Origin: a virus
Taxonomy: Duplodnaviria > Caudoviricetes
DNA length: 60,041 nucleotides
Direction: 5' to 3' (one strand)
IMG/VR virus record: IMGVR_UViG_3300033155_000947
Coordinates: 1 to 60,041 of that record
The notes under the pieces were generated by a model. It searched no databases, had not been told where the DNA came from, and worked only from the letters and a program-made list of their open reading frames with translations. How positions within the stretch are numbered: the first letter of the stretch is position 1; the number at the start of each line of letters is the position of its first letter. Of the stretch, positions 17,114 to 26,184 are shown piece after piece. The position numbers were made by a program, and so were the translations under genes.

Positions 17114-18645
17114 ACGATATAGCCACCTCCTGCAACCTAGATCGCGTCATCGCCCACCATAACGAGACGTGCAAGCTCATCACACTACGCGACGAATACG
17201 ACAAGACAGCACGGGAAACCGCGAACAACCTGTATAACGGGGTCACCCTCGGCAGGTCTGCGAGCGGGCACAACCAGAATACCACCTCCGAAGACATTAC
17301 CGCCTGTGCGTGGGGCTATGTGCTGGAGCGTTCAGGACTGTGGTCGCTGATGAGCCACAAGCAACGCGACAGCTGGTCGAAGACGCTACTACATGACGAC
17401 CTACCCCCGTTCACCCACGACAACGTACACAATACATTCACGGAGCTGTACGCCCGCAGGTTCGATATGATTATCGACGCGGTCGAAGAAGTGTTCAAAC
17501 ACCTAAGCTGGTCGCACAAGACCAACGACCCGCGCGCCCTGTCCAAGCGTATTATCTTTAGCCAGATGACATCCGCAAGCGGGCTCGGGTTCCGCGCCAA
17601 GTGCCTGCTAGACGACCTCGAACGCTGTTGCCTGCAGGTTCTCGAGCTACCGTTCCCATCCCACGAACGGACGCTAGGCTCCCTACTCTCAAAAGCCTGT
17701 GACACCGTACGCAAGACCGTGGCCTTTTACGACACGTTCCAATGCGAATACGACTGCGACCTATTCCACATCCAGACGTACAAAAAGGGCACCGCCCACA
17801 TCACGTTCAAGAACCCTGAAGCGCTCGCAGGACTTAACCGCCTGCTGGCACTACGTTACCCCACCGCGCTCGCCCAACACCGCCCGAAGAACACTGACGG
17901 CCTAACCGGTACGGAGCTGGTGCGCTGGACGGACACGCTTGTCTTTGACGGCCTACCGTCCGCACCCGCGTACATCGAGCACACCGTACAGGCTGTACCT
18001 GCTAATAAACTGGCACCGTACCTAAACGCGAAAGAGCAGGACAGGCTAAGCAACCACTACAAAGGGCTGACGGCACACGGACACTTCCCGACACCCGAGC
18101 CGGTGATCAGGCAGATGATTGACCTGTACGAACAATACGCACGGGGTGACGCAGGCGAGGCGCGTATCTTAGAACCGTCCGCAGGCTTGGGCTTCCTCGC
18201 ACGAGCCGTCTGGAAACGCGGGCACGATTGCGCAGTGGTCGAGTACAACCGTGACCTGTACGAGCACCTACATGACGTGATCGGAGTACCGTCCGAAGCG
18301 CGCTACCGTGGCGACTTCCTATCCTGTCACCCGCGCCACTTCTCACACGAGTTTGACGCAGTGCTGATGAACCCACCGTTTGAACGTATCAAAGGGCTAG
18401 GCTGGCAGGCACTACGCCACGTCCGGCACAGCGCCCACTTCGTACGCGCAGGCGGGCTCATCGTGGCGGTTATGCCCCGTGGATGGGATGGGCACCAAGA
18501 TAAGTTAACACAGCGGTTCGTGGAGTGGGCGAAGCCGTTAACGCAGGAGCACCTGCACCTACCCGCCCGCTCATTCTCTAAAGCGTACAACAACACCGAC
18601 GTGGACACGGATCTCATCGTACTGCGTATGCCCGAAGACGCTTGA
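17110..18645 (+). CDS. DUF4942-like domain fused to a C-terminal SAM-dependent DNA methyltransferase
   Basis: N-half LSWSHKTN...KRII...LDDLER...YKKGTAHITF; C-half HFPTP, ILEPSAGLG, VLMNPPF. Confidence 0.8.
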   Translation: MNDIATSCNLDRVIAHHNETCKLITLRDEYDKTARETANNLYNGVTLGRSASGHNQNTTSEDITACAWGYVLERSGLWSLMSHKQRDSWSKTLLHDDLPPFTHDNVHNTFTELYARRFDMIIDAVEEVFKHLSWSHKTNDPRALSKRIIFSQMTSASGLGFRAKCLLDDLERCCLQVLELPFPSHERTLGSLLSKACDTVRKTVAFYDTFQCEYDCDLFHIQTYKKGTAHITFKNPEALAGLNRLLALRYPTALAQHRPKNTDGLTGTELVRWTDTLVFDGLPSAPAYIEHTVQAVPANKLAPYLNAKEQDRLSNHYKGLTAHGHFPTPEPVIRQMIDLYEQYARGDAGEARILEPSAGLGFLARAVWKRGHDCAVVEYNRDLYEHLHDVIGVPSEARYRGDFLSCHPRHFSHEFDAVLMNPPFERIKGLGWQALRHVRHSAHFVRAGGLIVAVMPRGWDGHQDKLTQRFVEWAKPLTQEHLHLPARSFSKAYNNTDVDTDLIVLRMPEDA

Positions 18646-18670
18646 CAACAGTTACCGAAGTGTGTATACT
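18642..18670 (+). promoter_or_regulatory. early sigma70-type promoter
   Basis: TTGACA-N17-TATACT; spacer nearly identical to cassette 4. Confidence 0.85.
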
Positions 18671-18697
18671 GCGATAACCCCTACATAAGGACAGACC

Positions 18698-19702
18698 ATG
18701 GCCACCAAGAAAAAGAAACGCAACGTACGCCAGATTCTGCAGGATATGCGGAAGAACTATAGCCTGCAACATGGCGAGCTGTATGACGGCAAGGGACAGC
18801 CTGTGCGATTGGTTGCCCGCAAGTACCGAGACAGTACCCGCATGTGCTACTACGTTGACACCGTATACATATCCGCCGCGAACGCTATATGGACGGTTAC
18901 CCATGGTGAGGTGCCGGACGGACATATCCAGTTTGTTGACGGGAACAAGAACAACTTCGACCCGGCAAACCTACGCAGGTCGCGTGACGGACGTCTGCGA
19001 CAGATGGCTAAAGCACGCAAGCGCGCGCAACACCGTACCATGCTCCCGAACATACGACCGACCGAACCGGTAATCAGGCCGACCGAACCCACCGTAAGGC
19101 CGACCGAGCCTTCTGTCCGTCCGACTGAACCGTCTGTACCTGCAACCCTCAGCCTAGCCGACATCACGGAAGCCACCCGCAAGGTCGTGGCCGAGTTTAT
19201 CGCTGACGGCAGACTCGGAGGCGATAAGCCGAGCACTACGCAACAACACATCGACAAGATCGAGCACCAAGCTGAGATCATCCACAAGCTAACACGCACG
19301 TACGGACAGCAGACGGATAAGCTCGCGAAGCAAGAACAGCGTATTGCGCACCAAGATGCAGTTATATCCGAGCTCACTGGTGCCTACGGAGGCCACGAGG
19401 CTAAGATCCTTGAACAAGAACAGCGTATAGCACGCAGAGACGCGTCTATCCGAGAACAGCAAGTGCGCATACGCAAGCAAGGCGGAACGGCGATACACCA
19501 AGACGCAGAGCTCGTAATCCTCCGTGAGGCACTACAGGCGGAGACCGAGCCTACGCCCCTGCCAACGCGGTTGGTGCGCGAAGGCGAAGACCCTGAAGGC
19601 ACCGCCGCGCCCCTGTTCTGCGTTATCTTCCTCGCTACCTGCCTATCGGTTATCGTTTTAATAGCGGTCGGTGCGTATTATCTTGCGTTCGATTTACTCT
19701 AA
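18698..19702 (+). CDS. degenerate HNH domain + RPTEP repeats + coiled coil + C-terminal transmembrane helix
   Basis: AANAIWTVTHGEVPDGHIQFVDGNKNNFDPANLR; four RPTEPxx repeats; hydrophobic C-terminus. Confidence 0.75.
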   Translation: MATKKKKRNVRQILQDMRKNYSLQHGELYDGKGQPVRLVARKYRDSTRMCYYVDTVYISAANAIWTVTHGEVPDGHIQFVDGNKNNFDPANLRRSRDGRLRQMAKARKRAQHRTMLPNIRPTEPVIRPTEPTVRPTEPSVRPTEPSVPATLSLADITEATRKVVAEFIADGRLGGDKPSTTQQHIDKIEHQAEIIHKLTRTYGQQTDKLAKQEQRIAHQDAVISELTGAYGGHEAKILEQEQRIARRDASIREQQVRIRKQGGTAIHQDAELVILREALQAETEPTPLPTRLVREGEDPEGTAAPLFCVIFLATCLSVIVLIAVGAYYLAFDLL

Positions 19703-19737
19703 CTCCCCGCCCACGACACCCCAACACTGGAACCCTT

Positions 19738-20937
19738 ATGGCTCGTACCACTACAAAAGAAGCATTAGCATACGCACAGGCGCATTTCACTTACAGTGTG
19801 GGCAGTGTATACGACGAACGGAACCGCCTCTTACAGCTAAAGCGCTGTAACGGTTGTGATTACTATAACTTCAGAAGCGTGCGCGTCAAAGCGACACGAG
19901 TGGTGTGGGTGTTGACGCACGTGGCACCTCCCCCAGCACGCATCCGTTTCGTAGACGGGGACAGGTATAACCTACACCCGCTAAATCTGTGCGACAGTGC
20001 GTACAAGGCGCGACAGCGATTGCAGGAGAAGGCTATGGCTACTACGCTCGAGCCACCGATACTGACAGATGCGGAGTATGTACCGAAGCCAACCGATAAC
20101 CCTGAAGGCTTGGTCTATACACCTTACGCGCCTATGATGGTGCCTAACCGTAACACTAACCCCCACTTCCCACAGCTCAAGACCACACCCAAGGCACCAC
20201 CCAAGGCCGACGAATTCGCTGACGCGCTCCACACTACAGAGCCCGGGGAAGCCAAGAAGGCGTACACAGCCAAGGAGCTTTTCCGTACCCCACAGCAAGG
20301 TACTGACAAACTACGCAGGTTCGCCAAGGCGTACGGAGCGAATACCGACCTGCGTACTTTCGAATCACAGGCTCGGAAAGCAGAGGCTATGATGCCCGCT
20401 CTCACCGCAGAGGCGATGAAAGTAGAGTCGATAATACCCGCTCCTGACGCAGAGGCTCGGAAAGCAGAGGCTATCTACGCTAGCCACGCTATACGGCGCC
20501 GGACGCTCGGAGAGCAGTTAAAAGCAACAGCAAAGGCACTCAAAGAACAACGACCTGACACCGCAGGCTTCGACATACTGACAATACGTGCGGAGTTGCT
20601 GTTGGAGAAGGAACGTAACGCCTCGCTAGTGCAGGAGCTGGAGCTGTTGGAAATCTCCGCCACGGGTATCACCACTGACCTGCGCAAGAGCTTGGCCGAG
20701 GAGAAGGCGCGCAACCAAGACGCGATACTGTCGGCTGTCACTGCCGTGCACAAGCAGGTGGAGGACTACGCAGGCGACCTAGAGCGCCTCTCGGATGTGT
20801 ACGACACCATCGCAGAGCCTCAACAAGACATGCGAGCACACGTCCGCGTGCACTTCGTGGGCGTCGTAATACTCGCGCTCAGTGTACTACTATCGCTCGC
20901 AGTTACGGTCGCCACCATTCTATTCGCCACCCAGTAA
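19738..20937 (+). CDS. degenerate HNH domain + coiled coil + C-terminal transmembrane helix (paralog)
   Basis: ATRVVWVLTH...RIRFVDGDRYNLHPLNL; hydrophobic C-terminus. Confidence 0.75.
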   Translation: MARTTTKEALAYAQAHFTYSVGSVYDERNRLLQLKRCNGCDYYNFRSVRVKATRVVWVLTHVAPPPARIRFVDGDRYNLHPLNLCDSAYKARQRLQEKAMATTLEPPILTDAEYVPKPTDNPEGLVYTPYAPMMVPNRNTNPHFPQLKTTPKAPPKADEFADALHTTEPGEAKKAYTAKELFRTPQQGTDKLRRFAKAYGANTDLRTFESQARKAEAMMPALTAEAMKVESIIPAPDAEARKAEAIYASHAIRRRTLGEQLKATAKALKEQRPDTAGFDILTIRAELLLEKERNASLVQELELLEISATGITTDLRKSLAEEKARNQDAILSAVTAVHKQVEDYAGDLERLSDVYDTIAEPQQDMRAHVRVHFVGVVILALSVLLSLAVTVATILFATQ

Positions 20938-20961
20938 CCACCAACGAACAGGAGCCCGCAG

Positions 20962-21297
20962 ATGACCAAACCACCCACTGACATGCAGACGGAAATGCTA
21001 GAGCATCACAAGCGAGAGCGGGAACGCACTAACCGCTTGGTACGACACTCACCGCTCCCACGCGACCTACCCGAGCCCGAGCCTGATCCTGTCGCAGACG
21101 CGCAGATCATTTCTGATCTTAGGTGCGAGGTACGCGTCCTCACCGCAGAGGTGTCTGCGCTTAGGGATCGGGAGCATAAAGCGAAGTACGGAGACGACGA
21201 CGCGCAAAGCTATTACACACAGATACTCGCTGGCACACTACTTATCGGCGTCCTGCTGTATGCCGTCTTAGCCTTGCTCGTATACCTACAGCCTTGA
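20962..21297 (+). CDS. short coiled-coil protein with C-terminal transmembrane helix
   Basis: AGGAG RBS; ILAGTLLIGVLLYAVLALLVYL. Confidence 0.7.
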   Translation: MTKPPTDMQTEMLEHHKRERERTNRLVRHSPLPRDLPEPEPDPVADAQIISDLRCEVRVLTAEVSALRDREHKAKYGDDDAQSYYTQILAGTLLIGVLLYAVLALLVYLQP

Positions 21298-21322
21298 CGC
21301 ACACGCGCGAACTGTGTAAACT
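21294..21322 (+). promoter_or_regulatory. early sigma70-type promoter
   Basis: TTGACG-N17-TAAACT with GAACTGTG. Confidence 0.7.
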
Positions 21323-21347
21323 GATAATACCACCAACCGGAGCCCTG

Positions 21348-21710
21348 ATGAAACACCGCATCGTAAAGAGAACCAAGACCGCACGAGGCCGTACTCCGTA
21401 TGTATGTTACGTGCTCCAAAAACGACGCTTGTTCTGGTGGGTAGACCACCCCTATCATAGCGCCTATGAGGATTTACCCCGCCTCCAGCGCCTCCTCGAC
21501 GATTTAGAAGTGGTCACTACAGACGAAGAAATCCCCACGCGCGCCAAAGAGGGCTTGCGCGATCGGGTTGCCACCGACACCGACACCGACAGTGAAGGCA
21601 ACCGACTCTTTTCGGCGGAGGAAGTAGAATGTAAAGGTATTGAGGTTAGCGAAGGCGCTTTTTCTGGTTGCGATCAATCAGGTGGCGATTGCCCTGTATG
21701 TGGCAAATAA
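21348..21710 (+). CDS. hypothetical protein (paralog A)
   Basis: MKHRIVKRT...VCYVLQKRRLFWWVD; GGAG RBS. Confidence 0.7.
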   Translation: MKHRIVKRTKTARGRTPYVCYVLQKRRLFWWVDHPYHSAYEDLPRLQRLLDDLEVVTTDEEIPTRAKEGLRDRVATDTDTDSEGNRLFSAEEVECKGIEVSEGAFSGCDQSGGDCPVCGK

Positions 21711-21794
21711 CACCAACCCCTCACACGTTGTGCGCGCTTGTACGCACCATCTTTTTTAGACCCCCGCTAAACGAACACCCCTTACAGGATCCCT

Positions 21795-22073
21795 ATGAAA
21801 CACCGCATCATACAGAGAACCCAATACGTAGAAGAACGATCCCCGCACGTGTGTTACGTACTACAAGAACGACGATTCTTCCTGTGGCTGGACAAGCCGG
21901 GTTACACACCCTCGGAACGCCTTTCAGACATACAGCGACGACTACGGGCGATCGAAAAGTTGACCATAGACCGCGTCGTCAGCCCTGACGCAAAGCCCGA
22001 TAAAGTGTCTGGTATCCTGATGGGCGAGAGCATGTTGTCCCCGCCTGTACGCACCGCCACCGGCAACGTCTAA
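21795..22073 (+). CDS. hypothetical protein (paralog B)
   Basis: MKHRIIQRT...VCYVLQERRFFLWLD. Confidence 0.7.
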   Translation: MKHRIIQRTQYVEERSPHVCYVLQERRFFLWLDKPGYTPSERLSDIQRRLRAIEKLTIDRVVSPDAKPDKVSGILMGESMLSPPVRTATGNV

Positions 22074-22108
22074 ACCCAACTAAACGAACACCCCTTACCG
22101 GAATCCGC

Positions 22109-22717
22109 ATGGACACCACCACTACAATCAACGTCAACGTATCAGGCAGTCTCGACATAAGCGAGGCACCTGCCAAGCCCATCACAGGCCTACAGCCGTC
22201 CAAGCCCGAGACTATCCGCACGTTTGACGATCCGATCCTCACCGAGGTCTGCGACATCACCGACTTCGAGGCCTGCCTGCGAACGGCTAGCACGCTTATC
22301 GCCTCTGCCCTTAAAAGCGAGACACTCGCCGCAGGGCTCGCCGCCCCTCAGATCGGAAGTCTGTGCCGTGTGTTCGTATGGCGCGATGGAGGTGACGCAC
22401 CGTTCAAGGTGGCGATCAACCCAAGCATACGCCCCGCCAAAGGCGCGAAGACGGTTGCAGGACCTGAAGGGTGCCTCAGCTATCCCAAGCACGCCACCGA
22501 GGTACTACGTTTGAATAAGATCCGCGTAACCTACACCGACGAGCATAACAAGAGCCAGAGCGCGTTCTTGCGAGGCTTCGAAGCCGTGGTCTTTCAGCAT
22601 GAGTTTGACCACCTGCGAGGCATCTGCCCTGTCGCCCGTGCGTGGAAAGCCGAGACAGCGCGTGTCGCTAAGCTGAAAGCCGAAGACGAAGCCGAAGAAG
22701 CAATCGCACAGGATTAA
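22109..22717 (+). CDS. def: peptide deformylase
   Basis: All three PDF motifs: GLAAPQIG, EGCLS, QHEFDHL. Confidence 0.96.
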   Translation: MDTTTTINVNVSGSLDISEAPAKPITGLQPSKPETIRTFDDPILTEVCDITDFEACLRTASTLIASALKSETLAAGLAAPQIGSLCRVFVWRDGGDAPFKVAINPSIRPAKGAKTVAGPEGCLSYPKHATEVLRLNKIRVTYTDEHNKSQSAFLRGFEAVVFQHEFDHLRGICPVARAWKAETARVAKLKAEDEAEEAIAQD

Positions 22718-22721
22718 GACC

Positions 22722-24122
22722 ATGGCCGACGCTGACAAAACATACTTGAAAGACGTGGGTAAGACACTACTAACCGCCAGCGGTAAGCTGTGTGTGGGCG
22801 ACGATTGTTGCGCGTCTGTCGAGTACTGTGGTACGCTCGGTCCTACCCCCGCATGTGGAGCTTATGAGGGCTTTGACATATACCTCACAGCCTGCTCAGT
22901 CAGCGGAACACCGTCCGACTGGGTAGGCACGGGCACGCATCGCGGAACGCCCGCACAGTGGACTGCGGAGTTTTGCGGTGACCCATTTAACCATCCGAAC
23001 GGGTGGCGCTACGTCCATTTAAATGGCGAGTGTTTTGTTTATGTCGGCGCAGACGGCGGTATTGCACACTGGCCTTGGGACGACGGTGGTGGTTGTCAAC
23101 ACACGTCCGACCCTGACTACCAAGATGAGATACCGATTGTTGGCCCTATTACGTTTTTCTGGGACTGCGAATGTTCGGACTTTTACCAGTTACAAGACTG
23201 CACCGACTTGTTCTCTTTCATAACGGTCTACGAGAACGAATGGATAGCCTTGCACGGAGCGGCGACCATAGGGCAGGTGTTCAAAGAAGACGGAGGGACA
23301 GCCTGTTGGAAGTTAACCGCCATCACCAAGGCGCCTATCGTGTTTACCATAGGCCGTAAGCCTACGAAAGACGCAGACTTCTTCGCGGTTCCTGCTTTCG
23401 TAGACTGTGACCTCTGCCTCGGAAACGTCATACACCTAAGGGACTGTGAGACGGGATTGGTTCACCACTACATACCCGCAGACGATTGGGTAGGTGCGCA
23501 CGCGGTACTCCCTACGGTGGGCGAAGCGTGGGAACGCTGGGCAGACGGTCTCTGCTACGAGATCATAGCCGTGGACGACCCGTTCCAAAACCCTACAATC
23601 ACGGCAAACAGTAATGACGAACAGTTCGACAGTTGTGCCTTGTGTGCGGACTATAAGATTAAATTCACGGACTGTGCGACCGGCTTAATAGACAAGTACG
23701 TGCACATGGATGAGTGGCTAAACTATAAACCAAGCGCGCCGAGTATCGGAGACGTCTGGCTGTACAACGAATCCGGGGACGTTGCGTGCTTCGAAGTTAC
23801 GAGCGTGACCGAGCCTGCGATCATAGGCGGTAGCGCAGACGCCTACAACTTCGAAGGAGAGTTCGCAGACTGTAACACCTGCAATAATCAGATGATTAAG
23901 ACGGTGGACTGTGCGACAGGTACGATCTTCCACTACATTCTACGGTCTGAGTGGCTATACTATCACGGGGCGTTGCCTACGGTCGGCACCGCGTGGCTTG
24001 TGGACGGTACGGACTGCTTTGAAGTCTTGTCGATCACACACCCCTTGCAGGCTCCTAACCACGACAGTGACTATTACAGCGTGGAGTATGCTAACTGTAC
24101 CGACTGCGAGGATGCGTTATGA
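22722..24122 (+). CDS. acidic Cys-rich protein with four ~75-aa repeats; possible virion fibre/adhesin
   Basis: Four repeats DC.(T)G...W...T/S(I/V)G...C(F/Y/W)...CxxC. Confidence 0.75.
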   Translation: MADADKTYLKDVGKTLLTASGKLCVGDDCCASVEYCGTLGPTPACGAYEGFDIYLTACSVSGTPSDWVGTGTHRGTPAQWTAEFCGDPFNHPNGWRYVHLNGECFVYVGADGGIAHWPWDDGGGCQHTSDPDYQDEIPIVGPITFFWDCECSDFYQLQDCTDLFSFITVYENEWIALHGAATIGQVFKEDGGTACWKLTAITKAPIVFTIGRKPTKDADFFAVPAFVDCDLCLGNVIHLRDCETGLVHHYIPADDWVGAHAVLPTVGEAWERWADGLCYEIIAVDDPFQNPTITANSNDEQFDSCALCADYKIKFTDCATGLIDKYVHMDEWLNYKPSAPSIGDVWLYNESGDVACFEVTSVTEPAIIGGSADAYNFEGEFADCNTCNNQMIKTVDCATGTIFHYILRSEWLYYHGALPTVGTAWLVDGTDCFEVLSITHPLQAPNHDSDYYSVEYANCTDCEDAL

Positions 24123-26131
24123 TGAAACACTGCTTTAACATATTCTGCCACAAAGGTGACGTCACGGTCGCCAAAGAGTGTAAACGCTTAATCCTCGAGG
24201 TTATGGGTGAGGTGCCCGTATACATTGTCGGTGACGACGACGGAGGCGAAGGCTACGACATGACCAGCACCTTTGACAGGGGTGGGAACCTGTCAAGCAA
24301 AGAAGCATGCCTCGGGCTCTTACAAACCTGCATAGAGAACGGACTACGCACACAGGCCGACTTCTTGTGGAAGGTCGATCCCGACACCGCGCTATTGAAT
24401 GACACACTAATCGCCAAGGTCGAGGCTATAGGAGCAGAGACAGCAGGATATATCGGGCACCCTTCCCGTGGCGGTCACGTTGACTACGAGAAGGCGACGT
24501 TTGGTTGCATGCAGGGCTGGACACCGTCTTGCGCGAAAGATCTGTGGCACTTTATGGACGCAATGTCTATGAGAATCCACATGTTCGGAGACGTGGAAAT
24601 GAGCGGGATCTGCAACGGTATGAAAAAGAAGGGCGCGTACCTACCGAGTGGCAAGGGCGAACACGCGCTGACGTTCAGTGGCGGAGGCTTCCCGGCACAC
24701 GCATATACCCAGCACGGGTACAGCGCAGTGAACACAGGTAACCCGCCCACAACCACCAAAGCACAGCTGAAACTTATGCGGGCGTTCAAGGGTACACTAC
24801 GCCCCGCCGTTCGTACCCAAGTGAACGGTATAAATAACAGGGTGATAGGGGCGTACCACTTCGTCCACGTCCCCAAGACAGGCGGTACCTCGATTGAGAA
24901 GGCGGCGGAATTACGTGACACCCCGCTCAGTAAGCGGTACGGTGACCCCCGTTATCACTTCACCGCAGACGCGATTGAACGTACGTTGCCTGTTATGGCT
25001 ACGTACCGTGATCCCATGGACAGACTGTGGTCGCTGTTTAATTACTTCAAGGGGCGGGACGAGACACTAGAGCACTTCCTCGCCCGCCCACGCAAGCGAC
25101 GCGCGTTGTTACCGGTTAAGTATTTCACCCACAGTCACACTACAGGCAAGTGTTTGGTCACCGACTGGCTAGACTTTAATGATCTGCAGGGAAGCCTTGA
25201 CGCCTTAGACGCAGGCATCACAATCCAGCACAACAACCAACGCGGAGAGAAGCTCGAGCGCACAGCAGAGGATGAGCGGTTACTGCGAGAACACTATCCT
25301 ACGGACTTCACACCCCGCGACGCTGATATAGATGTCAAAGACATAAGCCGTAACCGCAAACGTGACCTGTCGAGGGTGCGCAGGCGCGACAAGATCCGAA
25401 TGGTCGACAACAGGTACCAGTTTATTCACATCCCCAAGACAGGTGGTACCTCCATAGGCAGGCAGTACGGGATCCGGCGCAAGCACATGACTGCGGATCG
25501 CATCACAAGCGACCTCCCGTTCTTCGCGGTCTACCGTGACCCCATGGAACGGCTGTGGTCGGTGGTGCGATTCTTCAAACCAGCGTCCGAGACGGTTGAG
25601 GAGTTCATCACAGGTGAGAAGGCGCTTGTCTACCTCCGACCTGCCAAGCACTTCACCCACAGTCACACTACAGGCAAATGTCTGATCAACCATTGGATTG
25701 ACTTTAATGACATCAACGCAGGGCTGGCAGAGCTAGGCCTCGAACCGGTGGAGCACCACAACAAGGCGCGGAAACACAGACTGAAACGCACACCCGAATA
25801 TGAGCGGTTACTGCAAGAACACTACCCTACGGACTTCCTACCGCGTGACGCGGACGTCGACCCCAAGGACATCGCGTTTGGAGCGCGACACACCACCCTC
25901 ACCCTCGCCATCAACCCTGAGACTATCCGTGTATGTGAAGCCAACCTCGAAATCTGCAAGGTATGTGCTCACTACGACGGGCGACCTCAGATCCGAGAGT
26001 CCCGTAACAAGTTCCTGATTGCTCGCGTACGATGCAAGAAATCAGGAGCCTGCGGTAAGTGGGTAACGCTGACCGGCAGTGGGTGCGACCTTAACCTGCA
26101 CGCTCCGGCACCTGACGCACGTAAAAAGTAA
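24119..26131 (+). CDS. glycosyltransferase-like domain + two sulfotransferase domains + Cys-rich C-terminus
   Basis: KVDPDT (DxD); twice H(V/I)PKTGGTS (5'-PSB) and YRDPM.RLWS (3'-PB). Confidence 0.85.
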   Translation: MMKHCFNIFCHKGDVTVAKECKRLILEVMGEVPVYIVGDDDGGEGYDMTSTFDRGGNLSSKEACLGLLQTCIENGLRTQADFLWKVDPDTALLNDTLIAKVEAIGAETAGYIGHPSRGGHVDYEKATFGCMQGWTPSCAKDLWHFMDAMSMRIHMFGDVEMSGICNGMKKKGAYLPSGKGEHALTFSGGGFPAHAYTQHGYSAVNTGNPPTTTKAQLKLMRAFKGTLRPAVRTQVNGINNRVIGAYHFVHVPKTGGTSIEKAAELRDTPLSKRYGDPRYHFTADAIERTLPVMATYRDPMDRLWSLFNYFKGRDETLEHFLARPRKRRALLPVKYFTHSHTTGKCLVTDWLDFNDLQGSLDALDAGITIQHNNQRGEKLERTAEDERLLREHYPTDFTPRDADIDVKDISRNRKRDLSRVRRRDKIRMVDNRYQFIHIPKTGGTSIGRQYGIRRKHMTADRITSDLPFFAVYRDPMERLWSVVRFFKPASETVEEFITGEKALVYLRPAKHFTHSHTTGKCLINHWIDFNDINAGLAELGLEPVEHHNKARKHRLKRTPEYERLLQEHYPTDFLPRDADVDPKDIAFGARHTTLTLAINPETIRVCEANLEICKVCAHYDGRPQIRESRNKFLIARVRCKKSGACGKWVTLTGSGCDLNLHAPAPDARKK

Positions 26132-26184
26132 AAGCCTGCGCGATAAACGGTACAATAGACATAACCCTTAACAACAGGTATCTC

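Noticed and set aside
22722-26131. Host assignment to the PVC superphylum from the Cys-rich and GT-like gene style
   Set aside because: Only an impression from memory; needs phylogeny or spacer matches
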